Assembly (NCBI GenBank): GCA_002633005.1
Contig: NMRA01000002.1
Span: 1,274,077 to 1,338,076, forward strand
Reading direction: 5' to 3'
Source: Phoronis australis
Taxonomy: Eukaryota > Animalia > Phoronida
Length of the DNA stretch: 64,000 nucleotides
The notes beneath the pieces were generated by a model. That model made no database searches. It was not told where the DNA came from and saw only the letters and a program-made list of their open reading frames with translations. Numbering within the stretch: position 1 is the first letter of the stretch; each line of letters begins with the position of its first letter. A program made the position numbers and the translations under genes. Positions 1-15,300 of this stretch are shown piece by piece.

Positions 1-134
1 TTTAAGTATTAAGTACTTGAATGCTTAAATTTTAAGTGAAAATCTTTGTTTCACCATGCAGTGCCACCTATTGATTTTAAGTTCTACATTTTAGTTAGTT
101 GTTGGTGAAAGTAATTGTTGTCTTTTGCCTTTAG

Positions 135-323
135 ACCAAAGAACTGTTCGCCCTCACACGAGACTTCAAACTTCTCTGTGATCCGGTCAACTTCCAGCGC
201 TTGTTCCAGCTGCCACCATCTGTCCCTGTCAGCGATGTTCTTCAGTTTGCTTGTAATCTGAATGCATCTGTCATTGTTAACGAAATTCTTACTGTTTATG
301 ACACATCTATAGTGACTGCTGAG
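135..323 (+). CDS. ABCA exon 1 (module 1, B)
   Basis: ttag|acc..gag|gtaagt; phase 0-0; LLCDP..FACNLNAS. Confidence 0.85.
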
Positions 324-3300
324 GTAAGTGTCATGATACTGATGGCTTAGTCCGTGATTGGTCCCTTTATTAGTGTTGGTACATGTATTGGTATTGCTCC
401 ATGTATTACCAGTGGTCAATGTATGACCATTGGTACATATACTACCATTGGTCTATTGGTTTATATATTACTATAATTGCTCCATGTTTAAGTCTTGACA
501 GCGAATCAACAATTTCGTTAATTTAAACGGAGGGTATTCAAACATATAGGGACATCCCACTAGTGTGTGCATGACAGACATATGTTAGTGACCTTTAGAG
601 CCAGCAGAAGCCAATTTATACATTGTGAAACATTGAATATGAGCATACGATATTTCCCCTCAATGATTCTTTTCTATTTCAGATCATGAGATACTTCAAT
701 CACTCGTTACCTGATGGAACTGCTCGTGACTTTGACTGGGACAGACTGGTGCATACTCTGAATCAACTTCAGTTCAAAGCACCCCTCATGCTGACCAAAA
801 ACCCATTTAGTCTGTTTGCCACACTTATGAGTGACTACACTAAGATCAGTTCAGCAGTCGATGGATTGTTTACAGCCATGCAAAACATGAGTTGGAATGG
901 TTTTGAGAGGTAGGTTGGTTTTTAATGTAGCAAATGTTCTCAGTATGATGAATTGACAGGAATGACAAAGGAAATTGCCTGTTGTTCCTTGTTTGTCATA
1001 GGATTAACGCAGATGTATTATGAGCTAATTGCATCTCACTACATTAAAATTGTCGATATAAGAACATGTGACATGGATTTAGCCTATTGAGTAGTCGGGG
1101 TTGACACTAGAGCCTCACAAAATCTGATTTCTTTTCGAATTTATTGAGTCCCCATGTTCATCCTGTCTGAAAATTCTTATAACAACAAAAATGCAAAAAC
1201 AACGTGAAAGAAACAAGAGGACATTGTGATATTCATGTCGTGTCAATTAGAGTAAATGAACAAATTATAAATGAACAAATATTTGTTTATCTTGTCGCAT
1301 CAGTCGAAAGGCTGGTTGGTAAAATCACTGAAAAATCTATGTTCAAGCTCATCATCCTTCCATGTTTTGTTTATCAAAACACAGTAATTTGAAATATATT
1401 TTCTAAATTATCAGGCATATAACATAATAACTCGACAGGCTTGCCAAATGACTAATATGAACCTTGTGAATTATCGTCTTGTCACTATGTGTTGATTGGT
1501 GAAGTCTTGTGTGATTGGGTTGACCAATTAAATCATCGGAATCTTCCTCTCAGTTGCATCAATCATCGGAACGGAAAAGTGTGCTTGTGAACTTGACTTA
1601 AAATTTCGGAGCTTATGAAGTTTTAAAACTCACAACAATAAGCAAGTTTTGACTTGGCTGAGGTTTGTTTTATCAGGGAATTAGATGTGTCCCTTAGAAC
1701 GCACCAGTTCACGGAAAATGGTGTCCTTTTCAATTTCATTGCATATTTCAGTGATGGGGACGTCGTTAACACCAACCCTGAGTAGTTCTTCTATTTCTGC
1801 ATACTGCACTAAAACAACAATGATTTTTCAAACCAACATTGTCATTTCTTACTTATTTTCAGCCCCATTTGCTCAAGAGCTAGAGTAACTAAAAAGATAA
1901 AATGAACTTCTTACTGCTTATTCCGTGCATAGATAAAATAATGTTGGACTTTATATGTGTATTTAGCCACATTTCTGAAAAACTAGATTTTAACTCCATA
2001 AAAGTATAAATTTTCTGAAAGTAGAAACCCTATGTAATTTTTACTTTTATCAAGCTGTCGATCAGTAAAACGAGGCACGTGACCTCATTTTTAGTAAAAT
2101 TCAGGAAAAATGAAACAGGACCTAATTTTGTTTGACTTGAATGTTCTTGATGAAATCTCAAAAACACTGTATAGTTTTCTAAATTATCATTTTGTTATTG
2201 TTTTATGCAACATTTGCGTTCTTTCACAAAAACCATAAATATCTGATTCTTTAATAGCCCTTTATGCAAGAACGGAAGATTTTTAAACACTTCCTAACAG
2301 TGTTTTGGGGAATAGTGCGCAAAGCATAGCACTTGAAAGTTTCATTTGAATCCAGTCATCTATTCCTGAAATACAATGTTCCAAAATTAGCCAAGTTTGG
2401 AATTTTTCTAGGTTTCTACATAACCTTATGATTTATTTAAGTGACATCATCTTGTCATATTTCAGTGTTGCTCTATTCAGCATTGAACAACTGGGCAACC
2501 TCGATGCCATGCTTGTCAATGACTCCACTTGGAGAATGGTGAAGTATGGTATTAACGTTGTTGATGTCATAGTGCAAGGGATGACCAAGCAAATGAAAAG
2601 CATGTCAGGTAGGTTATTATGTAAAGGTTCATTGTCCTCATCTGTTGAACAAATATGTATGGTTCACACACTACCTACCTTGTATGGACCTAGAGGCGCA
2701 TGAGGTCGTGTTACCTGATACTTACATACTTACCTAGTAAGGATGTGGTGATTGATGGAAGTGTTGTCAAATCACGATCTGGGGCCACCGCTTTTGATAC
2801 GCCGAGACCCATTTCGATTCGATCCATAGTTTTAATTTTGTGCCGTTAGGTGTCTTGCTAGGTTATGACTTATTTGTATATTTTGAAGAGATCATTGAAA
2901 TGTGGAACAAAAAACAGCAGCAGCTCGGGATCTTTTATTAGTCTTATGATATTTAGCGATTTTGCGCAGCAGGGAACATCATGAATGCTTGACAAGCATA
3001 GTTGTCACTAGAAAATGTTCATACTCTCATTTTTCCGAAGAAAAATTTAAAGTGAAAAACAGAACGTTGTCACTGTTAAAAATTGGTTTTTCTCACTATG
3101 AAGTTGCTAAAATTGGTACGAGTGGTAAGTTAATTACTTATATTTGAGAATTAAATGAATTAATTTGACAAATGAGGACCAAACAAAAAATAATCAAAAT
3201 TGTCCTAAAAAGAATGCATGGTCCCACCACTACTGCCTAGTCTGTTTAGGCTTAGGGGGGTGCATGAGGCCAAGCCCACACTTTGCTAGTCTGCTCTATC

Positions 3301-6300
3301 CTCTGCTGACTTAGGCATCCCAGTCCAGGCTCTGAAACCCAAATTGTGTTTTCCACGTCTGTTCTTCACCAGGTCATCTTTGGTCTGCTATAATTTCTTC
3401 CACCAGATGGCATCTATGTCAATGCCTTTCTTGTGTCATTGTTCTCATTTTTTCTTAGTACATTTCCAATCAATTTCCATCTTCTTACGTGTATTGATTT
3501 GAAGCACTGGTAAAGTTCTTCATATTAAATTTTAACTGCACAGTATTGAAATATTGACTAGAATTAGACAGGAATAAATACAGTTCACCTCTGAGGCAGA
3601 TTAGTTTATCTGAATTGTAGGCTCGAGATTTTGGATTACTTTTACAAGTCAAAAAGAATACTTTTACTAACTTTCAAACTCTGATTAGGTTGTGTCATGA
3701 AACATCACATTATGCTGACGATGGCTACATCTTTTTTCCTTTACAGACGGGACGTTCAAACTGGAGGATATGTTTGCCAATGCTACGGTAATGAAAGACT
3801 TCCTACAATCAACTGCGGACATGGCACCTGATATGATGGAGGTCATCATGAAGACTGCACTTGACCCCAGCAAGGTGATTACATGTTAGCGGGACATATT
3901 GACTTTTTTATCAAGTATCTGTTGTCATATCTGGGCAAAGTTAAATATTTCACAAGTATATCGTATGGTATCTTCATCCGCACAATTGTTCGGGTATAAG
4001 TTTGCTGCATACCTGGATGTCTGCCAATACGCTGTGTATTGCATAGGAGCACCCTCGTTACTGCGATTACCACACAATGTAAAACGGAATCTTACCTAAT
4101 ATTTAAACCATTGTGTTTAAGACTTAGAATATGGTATTTTTGAAAGTGGCTATGAACCCCCCCCCCCTTTTGATTAATTAACTTTTGATAAATCCTTCCA
4201 GTTGTTGTAACACTGATGGCCTCGACATATTGATTACTCAAATTAGTGTGGATTCTGGTGCCCATTCTGCAGATGCAATGCACTCACGAAAATCAAAGAT
4301 CACGCAAGTCTTGCAAGATAGTGACATGCATTGCAAGCAAAATATTTCCATCCCCAGAAATTCTCTCATGTCTGAGGAAGGAAAATGTTCAGGTCAGTTT
4401 TACATATGAGTCAAATCTTAGATGAATGGTGATGAGTTGGTATTGGCTTTAATCATAGTCATGTATTTGATGAAGCCATGCTCATTCACGCGCTGATTAG
4501 TGCCATGTATAGCTGGCCTGAACATGTTCTCTCATCACCATTTATCCTCAGACCTCCTGTAATGCATGATGTTCATCACATCGTTGTCATGGTTACTGTC
4601 ACGTGTCAATCATAACCTACTCATCTTAGATGGTCATCACCATGCTGAAGATAGACTGGAGCAAGAAGACAATCTGTAACGGTGTCAGCTTCACGGATCT
4701 GATGGACTTCCCGGATACCGAAGCTGTCACTGAGTTTGAAAGACAGCTGTGCAAGATGAATGCCGACTACTTGTCAGAACAGCTGCAGAATTCACCCATG
4801 CAGAAACCTATGACTGAGGCTGTAAGTAACACTTGTCATTTATAGCTCATTGAATATTCTTCATACTAAAAGAGCTCAGTCTTCTCTTTCTAAAATCATG
4901 TCCACTCTAGGGCAAGTAGAGCTACTTGCCCATGGTCAGCCAAGCATCCACACTAAACACCCTACACCGTGCAATAAATATAATAGCACTAACAGGATTC
5001 GGCACCCATATTTACGTATATAAGTGCGTGAGCGCACAGATGATGGTTACTTGCGCCGTGTCTGCAACTTGTACTGTAGCAAGTTATGTTAGAATAAGTT
5101 ACCCTGACTGGATAAGGTGGGGTTATTTGTAACATGTGTGAAGTTGCCCCAGCACAAAAAGCGTCCACACTACTATTAAACCCAGCAACATTTTGTTTCA
5201 GTAGTGAGTTGCTCTAGAGTAAATTTATTGTGAACGGCACTTAAAATTGTTCAATTGAAGCAGATGTACGTACTGCTTATCTCCCAACTTTCCAGTTTCT
5301 AATCTGCAGTTCATCTAAAATTTTATTATTTTTCTTCCGTTTTTAGTGATTTTAAAATTTTATTTGCAATATCTTTGTACTAGATTGAAGTATTCTTCAA
5401 GCCATGGGATGAGACCAACCCCATGCCAGACATTCAACTTGACTGGAAAGCTATTGACCAAAATATGAGGGAAATGTTTGAGGTGATGATGAAGCCAATG
5501 AATGCAACTGGGATGATGAACAACCTTCCACAAGTCAACCTGACTGCATTTGAAGTCAAGATGAACTCTTCTGTAGATCTCTTCCTAAACTATGACTGGT
5601 CTGGTGTGAATGTGGCAGGGTAGGGGTTACCTTGTTGTAATGCTGTACTGCCAATGTAATGTCAATGACGCCATATGATTAAAGCACATATTAGAGGAGA
5701 GAGGCTTGACACATTAAATTAAAAATTGAAAATGTATTAGTTAAATTGAAATCTTAATATAAGACTATGCATACACAATAGTAAAACATGTATTAGATAT
5801 AGGCATTCACTCTGATTTTCGCTGTGTTATTGAGACGTCTGTTGTGGACCCAACCTCACCATCGCTGTACTGATTTGTTTGCCAGATTTCAAGATCTGTA
5901 CAACCTTGTGGACAATATGACCTTGAATGGCTCTGATGATGTTTGGAAGCTGATGTGGAATTCATGGAAGTTGTCGGCTGCAATGAACGCAGCTTTCATC
6001 AAGATGGCCAGTCAACAGATGATTAAGCTTAATGGTAGGTCCAGGATATAGTTAATAGGCTGACAACTACTTTTATTGTGTATTTTTTAGTGAAACTCGT
6101 AAATGCTAAATTGTATGCCCTCACAGGTAAAAGGTTGAAGAAAGTCATTAACTTTGACCGAAAATTTCTTTACCTCATGTGCCTGAAAAAGTGTAATGAC
6201 CAGTGGCTCCACCTTACAGTAACTGATCTCTTTGTTGTTCCAACTGTATCCTGTGTGTGACTTGCAGGTGCCACTGTAACTGTGACTGACTTACTGCCGT

Positions 6301-9300
6301 CCAATGAACTGAAGAGGGCCTTCCGAGCTGTTGAGGAGTCTCCAATGATCACGGAGATGTTACTGAACACCGTGCTGACACTAGTTTCTGACCCGACCAA
6401 GGTGAGCTTGGGTGCTGCTTAGTAGGTATATTCCAGTACACGAATAGGCTTTTGTTCACGGGGCTTCAATTGTTAACGCGACTAAGGGTGCAAAAATCCT
6501 TCTTTAACTGCAATGAAAAGTTGACGGAGCATCAATGTCTGCATTATTGCGACCTCAGTTGATCTGTGGCTGATCTTTTAAAATCTCGCTCTCAAGCATG
6601 GTCTTGCATGATCTTGCTTTTTGGCAAGATTCATGGGTATAAAGGACACAGTCTAGGCGACAACTCGTTCCCTACTTATAAGTGATTTCTGGTCTTGGAA
6701 AAAATTGTTCATTATTACTCAAGGTTCAGTAAGTTGGCTTAACAAGACGGGATCATTTGATGTGCCGAATACAACGTTTAGAAACTGACAGTTGTTTCCC
6801 AGCCAAGAAATAAGGGCTGTTCCAGCAAAATCTGTGTGGGAGGGGGGGGAAGGCAACTGAAATAAAAATTTATGGGTGGTTGCATTTGATTTAAATTCAA
6901 AATGGCTGGTGGTCGTACTTCAAAAAAACAAAAATTTATAGGTCGTTGTCATTTCATTGGGCCATAAATGTTTGATGGTGGGTAATTTTAGTAAATTTTA
7001 TAAACAATCCGCACAGAATCAAAAACTGAAACAAAAATGCAACTTGCAAAAAGCTCCGACTTTTTCACTCCCTCCGATCTCCTCATCGGCATGCCCATAA
7101 CACCATTTAACCACAGGTGCTCGAATTTCTCGATGGCTAATAACCATATATAAGAAACATGTGTTTTCTCAGTAATGAATGACGTTAGTGGTGATGGAGG
7201 AACAGATAAACTCAAGCGCCTGTGCAGTCAACCACAAGAACAAAAAAAAATTACGGGTGGTTGCATTTCAAACTTATAAAGAATTACGGGTGGTAGGCTG
7301 TAGAAATAAATGAAAAATATGGGTGGTGGGTGCGAAAAATAGGTGCCTTCCCCCCCCTCCCATACAGATTTTACTGGAACAGCCCTAAGTACTATTAGTC
7401 TGAATGATGAAAAACGTGAGTTCCAGTTTTATAATGCCAAGCTGTATAAATCAAAAATGAGGCTTTTTGATGGAAGGTGGTTTTGTTGTGTTTTTTGTGG
7501 TTCAGATGAGTTACTGGTCTGTCCATAAAATAGTCAGTGGAAGAAGAGGATCATTGGTTGTGTCTATGTATATATAATGCATTTTATGTTGTAACTGGTA
7601 TACAAGTACATTTCTATGTGATTGTTGACTAATCCAGAAGTGAGGTAGCCAATCACATAGCAGCATAATATTCACTGTACTGTTGCAGCTCACCTATTGG
7701 TCAAATCCTGCCAATCACATAGCAGCATAATATTCACTGTACTGTTGCAGCTCACCTGTTGGTCAAATCTTGCCAATCACATAGCAGCATAATATTCACT
7801 GTACTGTTGTAGCTCACCTATTGGTCAAATCCTGCCAATCACATAGCAGCATAATATTCACTGTACTGTTGTAGCTCACCTATTGGTCAAATCCTGCCAA
7901 TCTGGCCAACTTGTGCGTTAACCAGACAGTGTTTGAAGCTCTGTTCACGCCGCCCAATGCCGGGGCAGATATGAAAGCTGTCATGGAGGTTGTTTGTGGC
8001 GCCAACATCAACGTCACCATCTTAGTGCAAGAACTCACACAAAACTTGGATGGTCTGACTGAGATAATCAGTTTGGTGGTGAGTTCTTAAAATCTGATTT
8101 ACCCGAAGTTTCCGTTCGAGTTCTGTGTTAGGTGCTTTTCGTGGGCTTTTATTTTTGTGTTATATTGATGTAATAGTTGTAACATTGGAATGGACTGGAA
8201 GGCTGTCTTTGATTGGTTAAATCTTTGCGAAGTAAACCAAATGACTACTTGTCAAAAAAGTATTCCAAATTTCATCAAGTGCCCCTGTGGATAAAAGAGG
8301 GTCATCTGTGGCCAAAATTTATTCAGCGGTGGTTGACATTCTGTTGTGATGTGCGAAATCGCGTATAAAGTGTATGACTTGTTGAATGACAAGTGTCATT
8401 TGTGGTGTGTGGAAGCCTGCTAAGGAAGTTCTGTAGGAACATCCTTTCATGGTAAGTAAACAACAGTTATGGGTCACCTACAAGTGACGTCCAGTCTTAC
8501 ACTTCCTAAATTTCATGATACGTTTTTTTTTCTTTTGAGTTCTAAATATTTCTTCAATTTCTTCATTTTAGGCAAGCGAGAAAACTGGTAATAGCATTTA
8601 CCAACTGAACGTGACTGAACTCTTCCTTGGAGCACAGTCTTATGCAAATAGTCTGACGTCTGTCATTCAAAACCCGCCTACATTTGTTTTGCCTAATGAT
8701 GATTGGCTGAATGAAACTGTGTGGACTGACCTCTGGCTGCGTTTTGAAGAAAACAGTGGAAAGTTGGGCATGAGTAATATGTAAGTATTATCTTGTAGTG
8801 ATTTAGAAGCCCAGAGTGTTAAGTGTTTGTGTTCAAGAAGTAATTGTGACATGTCAGCTGTGTACAGTCAGCATCACTTTGAAATGCTTTCTTACCTTAC
8901 AGTACAAGACAAATGTAACTGGACAAAATAAGTTAACGTTGTCCCCGTCACGACAGCCAATTGTGCAATGGGAAACTTGAGAGCCCGCATTCAATGTTAC
9001 ACTATCCTTCTTAACAATGGCGTAACTTTTTTTTGTAGCTCCTCTGGAAACATTGCCTCCTTCTTGCCATTCCTTGAAGGCATGCTGAGCCAGCTTGCAG
9101 TAGACCCTGCTGCTAGAGTAGTACTCAGTAAAGTCAGCGATGTGTTACAGATCACTTCCTTCATGTTTGACGACGCTCAAAGTATGTTGAATTAACTATT
9201 ATGTTGTTAAAAAATCAAATGCTAGCCAACCATTAAAGGTATATGATGAGCTACAGAATTTCATTTTATTATCAAATTCTTCATCAGTCTTTTATTTCTA

Positions 9301-12300
9301 CGGCACGCAATTTTTACTCATAATTTCCATCTGAATTTCAGAGTCTGTCTCTGGTGACCCGTTTGCCATCTACAGAGGGACCGTTGAAGCAGCCAAAATC
9401 CTCGATGTTCTGAACAATGCTCCGGACCTCATGGAAATTCTTCTCAACACAATGTTGTCTTATGAAAAGGTACTGTTAGCTATAGAATTTGGCCATCTGT
9501 TTGTGTTTAGATAACATGTCAATGCTGAGTGACTTGTGTGTTTATCTCAAGGCCCAGTTGCTGTGGCTGATTACCGTTTTTGCGTAATATTTTTGTTGAG
9601 CAGGAACAAAGAACGCACCCACATGCATGCACAAGCACACACAAACCCATATGCTCAGCTGTCTATTGCCTCTTGCAGGTGACTTTGGAATCATTTGACT
9701 TGGTTTTTAAGTTATTTGGTCTTGCCTTAAAATGGGCGATTTTCATGGTTCATTATACGTTCTTAAGGACGTTCACAGTAATTTGTGATAGATCTTATTA
9801 CTTTCTAGTCCAATGTTAGGTGTATGCCAGCAGCTACTTAGGGTTATATGCCCGTAGATGATGTTCATTCTATAAGCTTACTTTTGTTTTAGGCTAACGC
9901 CCTCATTCAGCTGCTGGCCGCCAATGCCTCTGCTGTATGCATGGACCCATCCAGGATAACACCGTATGTTGTGTACGGAGAAAACACTCGTGTGAACGTG
10001 ACATCGCTAGTGCATATGTTCTGTACTATGGATTACGATGTTTTACTGAAGGAGTTGAGTCAGCCATATTCCCGCTCGACTGCTGTATTTGCCAGACTGG
10101 TGTGTATTATATGTTTCTATATGGTAGTTGAATAGTAATTTTGGGGTTACTGATATATTCTATTAGTCAGAACCTGAATGCCCGTTTGCACTGTCTTAAC
10201 ACTTAATTGCAACAGTTCTGTTTCTCTTAGTTCTGCCTGCCAAATAGAATGTGTATTTTGTATTGACATTGTTTAGTTAAGCTACACAAATAACTGGAAT
10301 CATTGATGCATGTCAAGTGTTACAAATGTTGTGAATGAAGGGTAATGCCATGTGTACACACACTGCGGAGCACGAAACAATCTACAGTTTGCTTTTGCTG
10401 ATGTAGCACTGTTTCATGGTTTTGACAGTTTAAGATGTAAGTGCCACCATGTGGGGCCAGTACTACAATGTTCTGATGGAGCTTTGAACTCTGACCTCAA
10501 ACTCTGACGTCACACATGTGAACACAGTGTTAAGTACCACTCTAAGCGATTTTGTCCGTTTCCTTATTTCAGTTTGCTGTCCCGTACAATGAGAACTATA
10601 ACAGCAGCACGTTTGTGTCCAACCTTCAGCGTGCCATCTCCTCAATCACTGGTGCATCTCAGGCCTTCACTCGGCTCTTCCTTGCATCTGTGAATAACAC
10701 AACACCCATTGCTCCTCGCTGGATGGATGAACACGTGTGGAAGACCACTTTTGGCAGAGTAGCCGAGCGGCTGCAGCAGCAACAAGTCAACCTGACGTAA
10801 GTCAACAGTGGTGGTTGGTGTTAACATATGAGTGTTGAATTTACTGCATGCGTACCTCCCACCTGGCTATGGTGTTTACCTGTCCTTGTAGTCAGTTTAC
10901 AATATCACCCACATATCTTTAATCAGGTTACAACATCAGTGTATGTTGTCTTCGTGCATATCCCTGTACTCGGATTACAAAATCAGTGAGGGTTGTGTTC
11001 ACCCATATCCCTGCACTTGGCATACAATACCAGTGTATGTTGTGTTCATCCATGTCCCTGTACTCAGATTACAACGTCAATTAGTGGTGTGTTCACCCAT
11101 ATCCCTGTACTTGGCATACAATACCAGTGTATGTTGTGTTCACCCATCTCCCTGTAATTGGCCTACAACAAAAGTGTGTGGTGTGTTCACCCATATCCCT
11201 GTACTCGGATTACAACGTCAATTAATGGTGTGTTCACCCATATCCCTGTACTTGGCATACAATACCAGTGTATGTTGTGTTCACCCATCTTCCTGTAATT
11301 GGCCTACAACATCAGTGTGTGGTGTTTTCACCCATATCCCAGTAATCAGCTTACAACATCATTTCACCTCGATCAGAGTGGCTTACCATTTACTTTTGAT
11401 GTCCTGCAACTGTCAAAATAATAGGTTTGTAGACGAACTTCTGACAAGCGTATTATGCCTGTGGATTGTTGGTATCTAGTGACCGATGCATTCTCTTCCA
11501 CTGCAGACAAGTAGACTATGCAGGAATAGTGATGTCTGCCATGAGGCCATTACTGAGCATGCTGGGACCCAGTGAACAACAGGTGTTTGCCAGGATAGCT
11601 GACAGTTACTTGTTTACGGTTGAGCTGATGAAGATGATACAAGGTAGGCTTGTGTGCTGATGATTACCAAGTGTTTGTATGCTCAGTTACACTGCACAGT
11701 CACAGTCGTGTGCGGATTGTGTTGAGAGGTTGGTGTTGGTTTAGTAACAAAGCACCCAGTCTCTCTGATATGCAATGTGAAATTCACCGTCTTGTAAGTT
11801 AGACCACTTACTTCCATAACACAGATTTGGAAGGCTGGGAACATGTTATTGATTAAAGGCTAAAAATGTTTTGCTCTTCTGGGATTCTGCCTGTCATTAC
11901 TTTTTATTACTTGATTATCTCTACCATAGCAACTCCCTCTGAAGTCCGTTCAATGTTCAATGACACAGTGGAACTGAAAAAGTTGATAGGAATGTTGGAC
12001 AATCTGCCAGGTTACGTTGAAGACCTCCTCTATGTGGCTTCTGACCCTGTCAAGGTAGTTACGCATGGTGTTAATCTTTATTTACCTTGTTTTGCTAGAC
12101 AAAAGCAACAAAAAGTAGGTCTTCTAGTCTCATGAAATCTGATACCATTGTAGAATTCAATCTGTTACAAACAAGAACATCGAAACCATCAGCGACTCCA
12201 AAAAATGTTTCAGACTTTATTGGAGTTGGCTAATCCTAAAATTGCGGATTTAAAAATGGTACATATACACATTGCCTGTGACTTGAGTTCTGATGAGTAT

Positions 12301-15300
12301 TGTAACGTTTTTAAATCCCAAAGCACTTTGGTAATAAACATCCAGCGTTTACAACTGAACAAGGTAAAATGCAGAAGCGTTGTTGTTTGGTAGAAATGTG
12401 TACTTTCCAATTGATTTTTTTATTTTCTCACATTGCTGGTGCAGTCAAGAGTCTGAACTCCTCACTTTTTTCAAGTATTTTTATCTGACAAGATCATTTT
12501 TGACATGATTGTGCTTACCTAATCTAAATTGTTGTTTGCTCCACTGTACTATGTTTGGCTGTTATGGTGATATTAGTTTGTTATCCAGCAAGTCGTTCTA
12601 GGCATTGTGATGATGTGGTACTGTTACCATTTGTTTTATTTTTCCACTTAATTATTGAGTGCACTTAACACCAGATGTTGTGATTGTTATTGAGCAAAGA
12701 ACTCTATGGGTAGTCTGTTATTTACACAAATTGTCATTAACTATGCTCTGTTGTGTTTCCAGATGAATGGGTTCATCATTTCATTGATCTCTGGTGAAAA
12801 CTGGTGTGAAGCAGGCATGAAGCAGAACTCCAAAGCTATTACATATATCTGTACTCAGGTCAACTTCACAGTTCTTGAACAGGAAGTGATGAGTCATCAA
12901 GGAGATTTGCTGGCTCCATTGCAGAGAATGGTGAGTTGTCTTAGTTGACTGATGTTGATCTGTTTGGAGGGCTTAGTCCTTGTAGAAAGTGTGTTCAGGA
13001 TGTGATAGTAGAAACTCTTCATGATGAATGGGTTAAATTACTAATGTGTAACTTATTTCGTAGTACTTTATGACTATAATCTGAATGTAAATAATGTGGT
13101 TGGGTGCATAAACTAATTTAGTTATCAAATTGTACTGTTCATTTTTTCCAGGTTTCTCCAAGTCACAAGTACACATTCAGTGTTGACGGTTTCTTACACA
13201 GCTACATGAGTTTGCAGAAACAAACAGAGAACCTCATTAACTATCTCGTCAAAGTATCACAAGGAGCGGTCAATAGCACAAGCATTCTGCCGTGGCTTGA
13301 TGATCAGAAGTGGTCAGCCATGTTTGATCGTTTGACGAAGCACATCGTCTTCCAGTATATTGGCACAAAGTGCGTAATCATTTCTCGTCTTACTTCACCT
13401 TTCTATGTGTTCTGATGGCTGGCCATTGTAATTCTAGGTCATGCCTCAGCATACACTTTGTAGTGACATTCATTGTCTGCTAAACATATTTGAATGTAAA
13501 TGATGTTGTAGCGCTTTTCATGCTGTGAGTTGGGAGTAACTTGTTCCAAGGTAACTTACGCCACTTCTAATTGCTGTGCGGACCCAGACAAGGCAGAAGT
13601 AATAATCAGTTACGCGATTGCGCTTTTAGATACATACGGGTATTCTTTTTGTGCAGTATTCATATCAGCTGTGCATTGTCATGTGCCGAGTGGCAATATC
13701 CGCTGTGCTTTATTAACAGATGTATAGAATGTGGATGTTCCACTTAACGTGGGGCAGGTAGCGCTATACTGCCAGTTGATCTGGTGTACGTCAGGTGTCA
13801 GGACTTTTGTAAGATTGGCAGCACTGAAATTGAGTGTATGAATTGTTCATAATCAATGAAGGTTTTATTAACTTTCCTCATGGCAAGTCAGTGCTGTTGC
13901 TTTCCTCAACTTAAATCTGATAGGTGATGTTCAATTTCAGCCAACCTGACTACACTCGTATGATTATTACCTCAATGAAGCCAACGTTAACCACACTGGC
14001 CCAGCTGCCAGGAGCACAGTATGCACTTGCCAGGATATCTGATGGATACCTTTTTGCCACAGAGTTGATGAAGTTGATGCAAGGTAGGGGTGTTAATGGT
14101 GGTGATTTGAATGCGTAAAAGAACAAGTTGCTATTCCTGAAGATTTGCACTGCATTGAGAAAAATAAATTATTTTGGTTAGACCCCTTACTAGCTTTCAA
14201 CTTGGTTCTCATTAATGTTTACTTAGTGTCTCTCAGTATTCGTTGCAGGTGTGAAGGATTCTTCTCTTAGTTTTTTGTGCTTCATTAGTTGCCAGAGTTA
14301 TCCTGAATCTACCACTTTGTGGTGTACTGCGTTTAAAAACAAAATAATATTCCATGTTTCCCCTACAGCAACTCCTGCTGAAGCCCATTCAATGTTTAAC
14401 GACACAGTGGAACTGAGAAAGTTGATAGGAATGTTGGACAACTTGCCAATTTACGTTGAAGACCTCCTCTACATGGCCACTGACCCTGTCAAGGTAGTTG
14501 AATAAATTTTTCAATCTTAGTCGATGGAAGTATGTTTACAAATGACCTTTGTTGTCACTGAGTTCTTTCCAAATGACCTTGGTGGGAGTGTGCACTTTCC
14601 AAGTGTTTTGTTTGTTTATGTTTCCACATTGCTGGGTAAACAGGGAATTCCTCACTGTTTCCAAGTTCTCATATATTATATTGCTTGTCGTTTTTTTAAA
14701 TTGTAAGTCTTGGCTTTGTTATTTGAAATTTTCTCAACTGCCACTATTTGTCGATGTTTTTGTGATATTTGTTTCACGTCCAGTATGTGTGTCTAGGTAT
14801 GGTGGTGATATAGCATTTTCATGTTTCCTTTTAATGTTGAGTGCACTGAGTAATGTTCTCCCAGATATTTTGGTCATCTTGAGCAAAGAATTCTATGAAT
14901 AGTTTGTTGTCATTGCTCTCTGGTGTTTCCAGATGAATGGGTTTATCATTTCATTGATCTCTGGTGAAAACTGGTGTGAAGCAGGCATGAAGCAGAACTC
15001 CAGAGTTATTACGTTCATCTGTACTCACATCAACTTCACAGTTCTTGAACAGGAAGTGATGAGTCATCAAGGAGATCTGCTGGCTCCGTTGCAGAGAATG
15101 GTGAGTTGTCTTATTTGACTGCTGCTGATTGCTTTGCGGAGAGCTTCATTCTTGTAGAAACTGTGTTCAGAATGTGAATGTGTAGAATTATCATGGTGAA
15201 TGTGTACAGTTGCTCTTACATAGTATATTTTGTATTATATGAATGTTTACACTATGCTTGCATACATCAACAAATTACGCAACCAAATTGCGTCAATTTT

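Noticed and set aside
84-419. Minus-strand ORFs opposite exons (also 6170-6400, 27969-28179, 54928-55290, 62972-63316)
   Set aside because: They are antisense shadows of coding exons or short degenerate repeats; there is no coherent minus-strand gene.
10943-11479. 178-aa Cys/Pro-rich ORF
   Set aside because: It is a translation of the 47-bp minisatellite inside an intron.
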